From assembly GCF_964204645.1 (NCBI RefSeq), contig NC_134027.1:24452560-24516559 (forward strand): a stretch of DNA of 64,000 nt, given 5' to 3'. This DNA is from Tubulanus polymorphus (taxonomy: Eukaryota > Animalia > Nemertea). The position numbers were made by a program, and so were the translations under genes. Position 1 is the first letter of the stretch. Each line of letters opens with the position of its first letter. Of the stretch, positions 58,069 to 64,000 are shown piece after piece. The notes below the pieces were generated by a model. That model searched no databases. It worked only from the letters and a program-made list of their open reading frames with translations, and was not told the DNA's origin.

Positions 58069-59674
58069 TTTTTTCGGCTGTCCGACTTCGACTGTTCCAG
58101 CTAGTAACGAAGTATCAACCTAAATCAGGAACCGAGCTTCTATTCTAAATGAAATCTTATCGAAACGGCACATATTATTCGTACTTATCGGTTTTTTCTT
58201 TATAGGTCGCGGTCGCTTGAATTTGATCGCCGTACAGCACGTGCAGCGCCTCTCTCGTTACAAAATACAAATCGAAAGATAATTTGTTCAAGTTCGATTG
58301 TGAAATCTCCATAGCGTTTCAATCGCAGGTGGTAATCATCGAGTTAAACGTTTTAACGCATACAAACGACGTAAGATGTTTATACGCGAAAGAATTAAAA
58401 TTTTTTTTCGAAAAAGGAACTTGAAATCGGATCGCGAGTAATGATGGCCTGTGAGAGAAAGCGGGAACTGTAACGATATACGAATGAGTTTGAACGCGTC
58501 GCAAAATGCTTTTAAAAACAATTTAAATCTTAATGGGAATGTTGAAAGTACATCAGAAATCGTGTTCATGTACATATATACGCAGGTAACAGATATTGAT
58601 TTTTGATTAACCATTTCGAGAGAGAATTGCTAGAAACCGAATGCCCGCAGTAAGTTTAGAACGGATGGCGAGTGGTGATGGCCTGTGAGGGAATTTAATC
58701 TACAAGCAGAAACTGTAACGATACCTACGAGTTTGAACGCGCGAAAATGTTTTCAAAATACTTTACATCTAGAAATGAAAAAAGAATGATAACAATACAT
58801 CAGATATTGTAGATACGTGACTTCTTTTAATTGGCTATTTCGAGAGGAAAATAGCAAAATATCGAAAATGATAAATCAGCAATAAAAATGAAAAAGGAAA
58901 GCAAGAAGAATGCATGCTTTCATTATTCAATCATATCTAGTCCACCATCAATCAATGTTTTTAAAATCGAATTGTTGAAAGCATTTGTTCGTCAAACTAC
59001 ATTTAGTATTTTCTTTGTAATCGTTTAAAGCCAAGAGCATATTTTTTTCATGGATTCATGCTCATGAATTATCATCGTTATTGTTATCACCGTGATTCAT
59101 TGTTTGTACGTTTCTAATGTATTATTTAGTTTCCTATACACGTTGTAACCATGGAACTCGAGCTATTGTAATCACGGTATAGATAATCATTAATGGTAAT
59201 CACAGCAATAATTACGATATCAATATACTTACTACGTGACGTCCATCCTTGGACATCCCCCGCCTGTGACATATATACATGCATATAAATGCGGCTGGCG
59301 CATACGCACTAAAACATATCCTGAAATGAGACTTGTCTCGGATGAGGTCTGTATTGACCCCTTGGGTTTTCAAAACAAACATGCAATTGAAATTATCATT
59401 AGTATATTTGAATGTTTCTTATTCCTATGATAACTAAACCATTAAGGGTGCTTTTTGAAAAGGCCTCCACGACTAGCAAGTCCTTCTGACCCCGATTCTG
59501 AAATTGTTTATTTGCTGTAATTAGAAAAGAGATTTCCTGCTGTTGACGGAGCGCGACTGTCTTTGCTCGGTCAAATGTTGAACCTATTGTATCTGGTTTT
59601 CGATCTATTTCAGCCTACGACGGACCTACAGACAACAGTATTATAACAGTTCTCTATATATACGGAGGAATATT

Positions 59675-61186
59675 ATGTACGGTCGCTTACGAAGCAGCGC
59701 TAATGATCTTAAAGACCCGAAATTCTACCGGGCTCTTGTGGCCGAATTCGTGGCTGCAGCAATGTTTTTGTTTATCAGTATAAGCTCTACGTTTTCGTGG
59801 GCACCGACCGTGTTACAGAATGATCGGATGGGTGTAGCGGCCGCGTTCGGGTTCGCAATCACGACGACGGTTTGGATCACGGCCGGTTTAAGCGGTGGAC
59901 ACATCAACCCGGCCGTTTCGCTGGCGATGCTCGTAGCGCGAAAAATCAGTCTAGTCAGATTCGTTTTCTACGCCGCCGCACAAAGCGTCGGAGCGATCGT
60001 GGGCGTGCAAATCTTGAAAGCGATGACTCCGGCCGCGGTCGGTGGAGCTTGGGGCACGAACTCGCTGAACAGTCAGATTTCCATCGCAACCGGACTTTTC
60101 TACGAGGTCATTTTGACATTTCTATTGGTAACGACCGTTTTCGCGGCTTGCGATAATCAAAGAACGGACTTGAAAGGCTCGGCTCCACTGGCAATCGGGA
60201 TCGCAGTTTTCATAGGACATCTCGCTGGAGTAAGTGCATTCAAATGTTTGAATTCTTGGTCCGCTCCACCGATCAAGATTCTAACATCTTCCGTAGCCTC
60301 GAATTTGTTAGTCTATCATAGTTAATCTGGTGGTTAATCGCTTTCAGATTCCATATACCGGTGTTAGTATGAATCCTGCTAGGTCGTTGGGTTCCGCGGT
60401 CGCTAGTCTGAATTTCACGGACCACTGGGTAAGTCTTTCACAAATTTAACGATTTTCTTTAAAAAAAAAACATACATAAATTTCTGTTTTAGCGGAAATG
60501 TTTGAAAATGAATTTTCTTTTTTTGGGGTAATTAACTTTGCAGTGGACATTTTAGTATAAATTCCAATGTTTCGTTTTTAACCCAACATAATACACCATA
60601 GGCCTACCAAACAACTGTTACTGAACTTAGTTTCCCCATAACTTTGACTAATATTATTTGTTTTCGTGTATTGTTTTGCCACGGAAGCCCAACGCACACA
60701 TCGAGGCTGAAAACACGGAAACAGACACATGTTTTCGAGCGTTTCCCTGTTTCGTGTGCGTTAACGAGAAAAATGGTTTCGGTAAACAATGTTTCCGTGT
60801 GATCAAACACGTTTGATTATTATCCTGTTTTCAGAGGTTCCCTGCATCGACGTGTGCGTTGGGCTTTTTCGGAGAAAACCAATTCCAAAGTTTATCGCGT
60901 ATTCTTCTGTTTCCCCTCTCACGTATTCTTATGTTTCTCGTGTGTTTCTCTCTGATTCCTGTTTACTCCAGTTTATGAAGATTCTCGTGCTTACTTCGTA
61001 TATACACTTCTTTTTCAATTACAGATATTTTGGGTAGGACCTCTTCTCGGCGGAGTTCTCGGTTCGTTGAGCTACGAGTTTGTTTTCGCGGTTAACGCCT
61101 GTTCCACGAAGTTCCGCAACTGGCTCGTCCAAAGCGACTACGACCCGGATTCGCTTAAGAACGAAACGCCCGTCGAACAATTCTAG
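59675..61186 (+). CDS. AQP: Classical aquaporin 2 of cluster, 3 exons, about 265 aa
   Basis: Exons 59675-60229, 60348-60428, 61025-61186. Two NPA boxes; ar/R filter F-H-V-R. An acceptor-like TTTCAG ending at 59613 with an open frame to the ATG leaves room for an upstream exon. Confidence 0.96.
60686..60865. mobile_element. MITE with AGCCCAACGCACAC TIRs; relatives at 55492-55674 and 4514-5108
   Basis: AGCCCAACGCACACATCGA...TCGACGTGTGCGTTGGGCT with internal GAAACA repeats. Confidence 0.7.
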
Positions 61187-61201
61187 CGCGGATAGTCGCC
61201 G

Positions 61202-61215
61202 CCACTAGATGGCGC
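61202..61215 (+). promoter_or_regulatory. CTCF consensus motif
   Basis: CCACTAGATGGCGC, full match to the CTCF core, 15 bp after the aquaporin 2 stop codon. Confidence 0.55.
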
Positions 61216-63108
61216 GAGGGTGAATTTCAGTTTGAAGTCTAGGCGAACTTCGGTTATCGGCGTTAGTCGGCTAAAACTTGTTAGAGTCCATGGTGAAACC
61301 GAATCTCAGTTAGTCGTAAATTTAGTCCGGCAATAGTCGATCGATTGCAGGAACGGATTCCTGGAGGCCAGTTTTGAAAGACTGTGTCACGTATCCCAAA
61401 AGGGCCCTTTGAAGTCCAAAAGTTAATATTAGTCGCAATCCTGCACTGAAATGCATCAATTGTCTTTTTCGACATAATGAAAAAGGACATGAAACGATTT
61501 GATGTACTTGTACAATTAAGTCTCATGGATTGAGCACGGTTGCTGTAGTTCAGATCGAGTTCCAAGATGGCCGACACTGAAATGTGCTAAGACCGAACAG
61601 GTGCGTTCGATTATAAGCTGCGATCGCTGGGTCGACTTACTCCGAAAACCGAAGTTCGCATTAGGTGAATAAAGTTATCTTGACTTAAAACGCGACTTTA
61701 CAATGCGGTATCAGCTAACAAAATGCAAATCGCGGCATATTCACCGCGGCATAGATATATAATATTTTTATCAACTAAGGTTTTTATTTGAAGTGTTTGT
61801 TATTTGTTGGTGTCTTAAATTGATAATATTTTTGATAAATAAAAGATCAAAAAGCTCAAACGCTCCACTTATTGGACATTCAAAAGTTCAAGGCCGCCAT
61901 TGGATTATTTGTTTCACTTTTAAGTCACCTGCGACAGAAGTTTGAGTTTTAGAACTTGGAGTTATCATTGAATTCAGCGCGATTACTCCAAGGCTGCCCG
62001 CATACGAGCAATCATCTCAGATTGAAATCGATTCTCAGTGCGCAGATGATTGCTCGTAGTCTGCACGTTTTTGTAGTAACATCGAAATCAGGATCTGCAA
62101 TCTGTTGCTGCATGCTGCATGCAATATCCGACATCAGCAGCAGCATTTAAGGAGAAGGACTGCGCGAATTTGTTGAGATATTTACTGAGCTGTGCCTCAA
62201 ACTGCTCAGTGTTGCAGTGGAGCGTTATCCGATAGTTGATGTCAATCCACTGTTGGTCTTAATTACGGGGGAGTCTCGATGTCGCGCGAGGAACTACCCG
62301 CATCAATCATTTCGTTGTGTCCATTATCGCCTCTCGTGATGAACGAGTTAATTACTAAATCATTGACACTATAACACGGCACATTTTTTCAGAAATAATC
62401 ATTTATTCGTTAAATAAATACGAATATATCTATATATATATGTATAATATATATTAATACAGCGTAAGTAAAAATATAATAATAACGTACTTATGATTAC
62501 CAAAATATAGTACGATAGAGGGCGTAGTAAGCTCGCCGTCTGCGATCCGAATGACGTTGCCGTCGCGCCAAACGACATTCAAATTGCGGCCCATGGACAG
62601 GTGGTTGTTGCTGCAAGGGCGCTCTAATTCGTGGGCACTTTCCAATTTCACGTATGTGTACTTATATAGCTGCGCCAAATATACACGACTTCCGATTAAA
62701 CTGTGCGTATTGTACAGAAAACCCAGCACGGGCTTGAATCTAATTTTCACATTTTTCTCTTTAAAAAGTTCGAAAGCTAAAACCATTCGATAACTATAAC
62801 ATCTATACGACCTTCCCGACGTTAGAAAATAACACGTTAAATATACCATATCGATCTTCCTTTAAAAAAAACTGGCATCTTATAAACATCAATAGTAGAG
62901 CAAGCGCGTCGAAATATAGGGATACGTAAGTTTTGGTTCATTATCTCACCGCCATAGTGTATTCGGAAGAAACCATCTATAGGTTTAAGAGGTCAGCAAA
63001 GAGGTGTGGCCTAGAGACACCGGCTCGGCGCAGTCTGGCCGTCAACAGCAGGTCGGGGTTTCATATAGTCCACGAGTGGAAGTTTCATAGTTCGAAACAA
63101 AATAACGA

Positions 63109-63995
63109 TTACGGTTCTTGTTCTTTGACTTCGCCCATTTCATAGTCGGCGTTTCCTGATTCGTATTCGTTTTTCGGTAAGTCCGAATCGTAGTCGTCGC
63201 TCGTCAGCCAGCATTTGACGCGTTGTCGACTGGCGTTGGCCGCGAACACCAACTCGTAGACGAGCGTCGCCACAACTGCTCCCAGCATCGGTCCGATCCA
63301 GTAGACCTGAAATCAGAAATAAAATATCGCGCATTACTGACCATGATTCTATGACTATACCGATTGACCGGAAGTATAATATCCTGATCTTATTCGATTC
63401 ATAATCCAGTTCGTTGCACAGTTGTCGGTTTGATTTGATTTTGTATACACTGCCATGCATAGTTAGTGTGCTGTGTGGGATTTGACTCTGGATCCAGTTC
63501 CACAGTTGTGTGGGTTTAATTTGACTCTGGATCTAGCTCCACAGTTGTGTGGGTTTAATTTGACTCTGGATCCAGATCCACTGTTGTGTGGGTTTAATTT
63601 GACTCTGGATCCAGTTCCACAGTTGTGTGGGTTTAATTTGACTCTGGATCCAGTTCCACAGTTGTGTGGGTTTAATGTGACCTTGGATGCAGTTCCACAG
63701 TTGCGTGTGTTTAATTTGACCTTGGATCCAGTTCCACAATTGTGCGGGTTTAATTTGACCTTGGATCCAGTTCCACAGCTGTGCGGGTTTAATTTGACTC
63801 TGGATCCAGTTCCACAGTTATGTGTGCTTAGTTTGACCTTGACCCAGTTCCACAGTAAATGCTATGTTCGTAATAATATGATATCGGTTATATTCTAATG
63901 ATGATCGTTCTTACCCAATGATCGGTCCATTTACCGCTAGCGACTGCCGAACCAAACGAGCGAGCCGGATTCATACTCGCACCTGTGACCGGTAT
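63109..63995 (-). CDS. AQP: Classical aquaporin 3 of cluster, last two exons (5' part beyond window)
   Basis: Exons 63915-63995 ([27 protein letters not shown]) and 63109-63306 ([24 protein letters not shown]...EQEP stop); same intron positions as the other two. Confidence 0.93.
63470..63856. repeat. 39-bp minisatellite, about 10 units, in an intron of the third aquaporin
   Basis: Same unit as 54065-54615. Confidence 0.95.
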
Positions 63996-64000
63996 CTAGA

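Noticed and set aside
62454-62849. 131-aa minus-strand ORF
   Set aside because: No recognisable domain; lies in the probable 3' UTR of aquaporin 3 upstream of a minus-strand AATAAA at 62402-62407.

Overview
Intron-rich, AT-rich animal genomic DNA (invertebrate-like; species cannot be determined from the sequence). Genes, with exons inferred by hand from GT-AG boundaries and reading frame: MCM2 (minus strand, 17 exons, last exon outside the window) head-to-head with a divergent fructosamine/ketosamine-3-kinase-family gene; a head-to-tail duplication (about 23.7 kb and 16.7 kb) carrying two intact 13-exon IL-17-receptor-like genes (signal peptide, FnIII-like ectodomain, TM, SEFIR); and three AQP4-like aquaporins (-,+,-; the third partial). 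Non-coding DNA is rich in MITEs (piggyBac-, PIF/Harbinger-, hAT-, P-like and a 9-bp-TSD family), minisatellites, an 89-bp satellite and Penelope-type minimal hammerhead motifs. Most notable: the two IL-17R paralogs differ mainly by amino-acid-changing substitutions in the ectodomain, and both keep a 15-nt microexon followed by a near-invariant block that may be a mutually exclusive terminal exon for a soluble isoform; the FN3K-like protein has a remodelled substrate pocket; the inverted aquaporin pair shows patchy gene conversion. All counts are manual and need computational confirmation.
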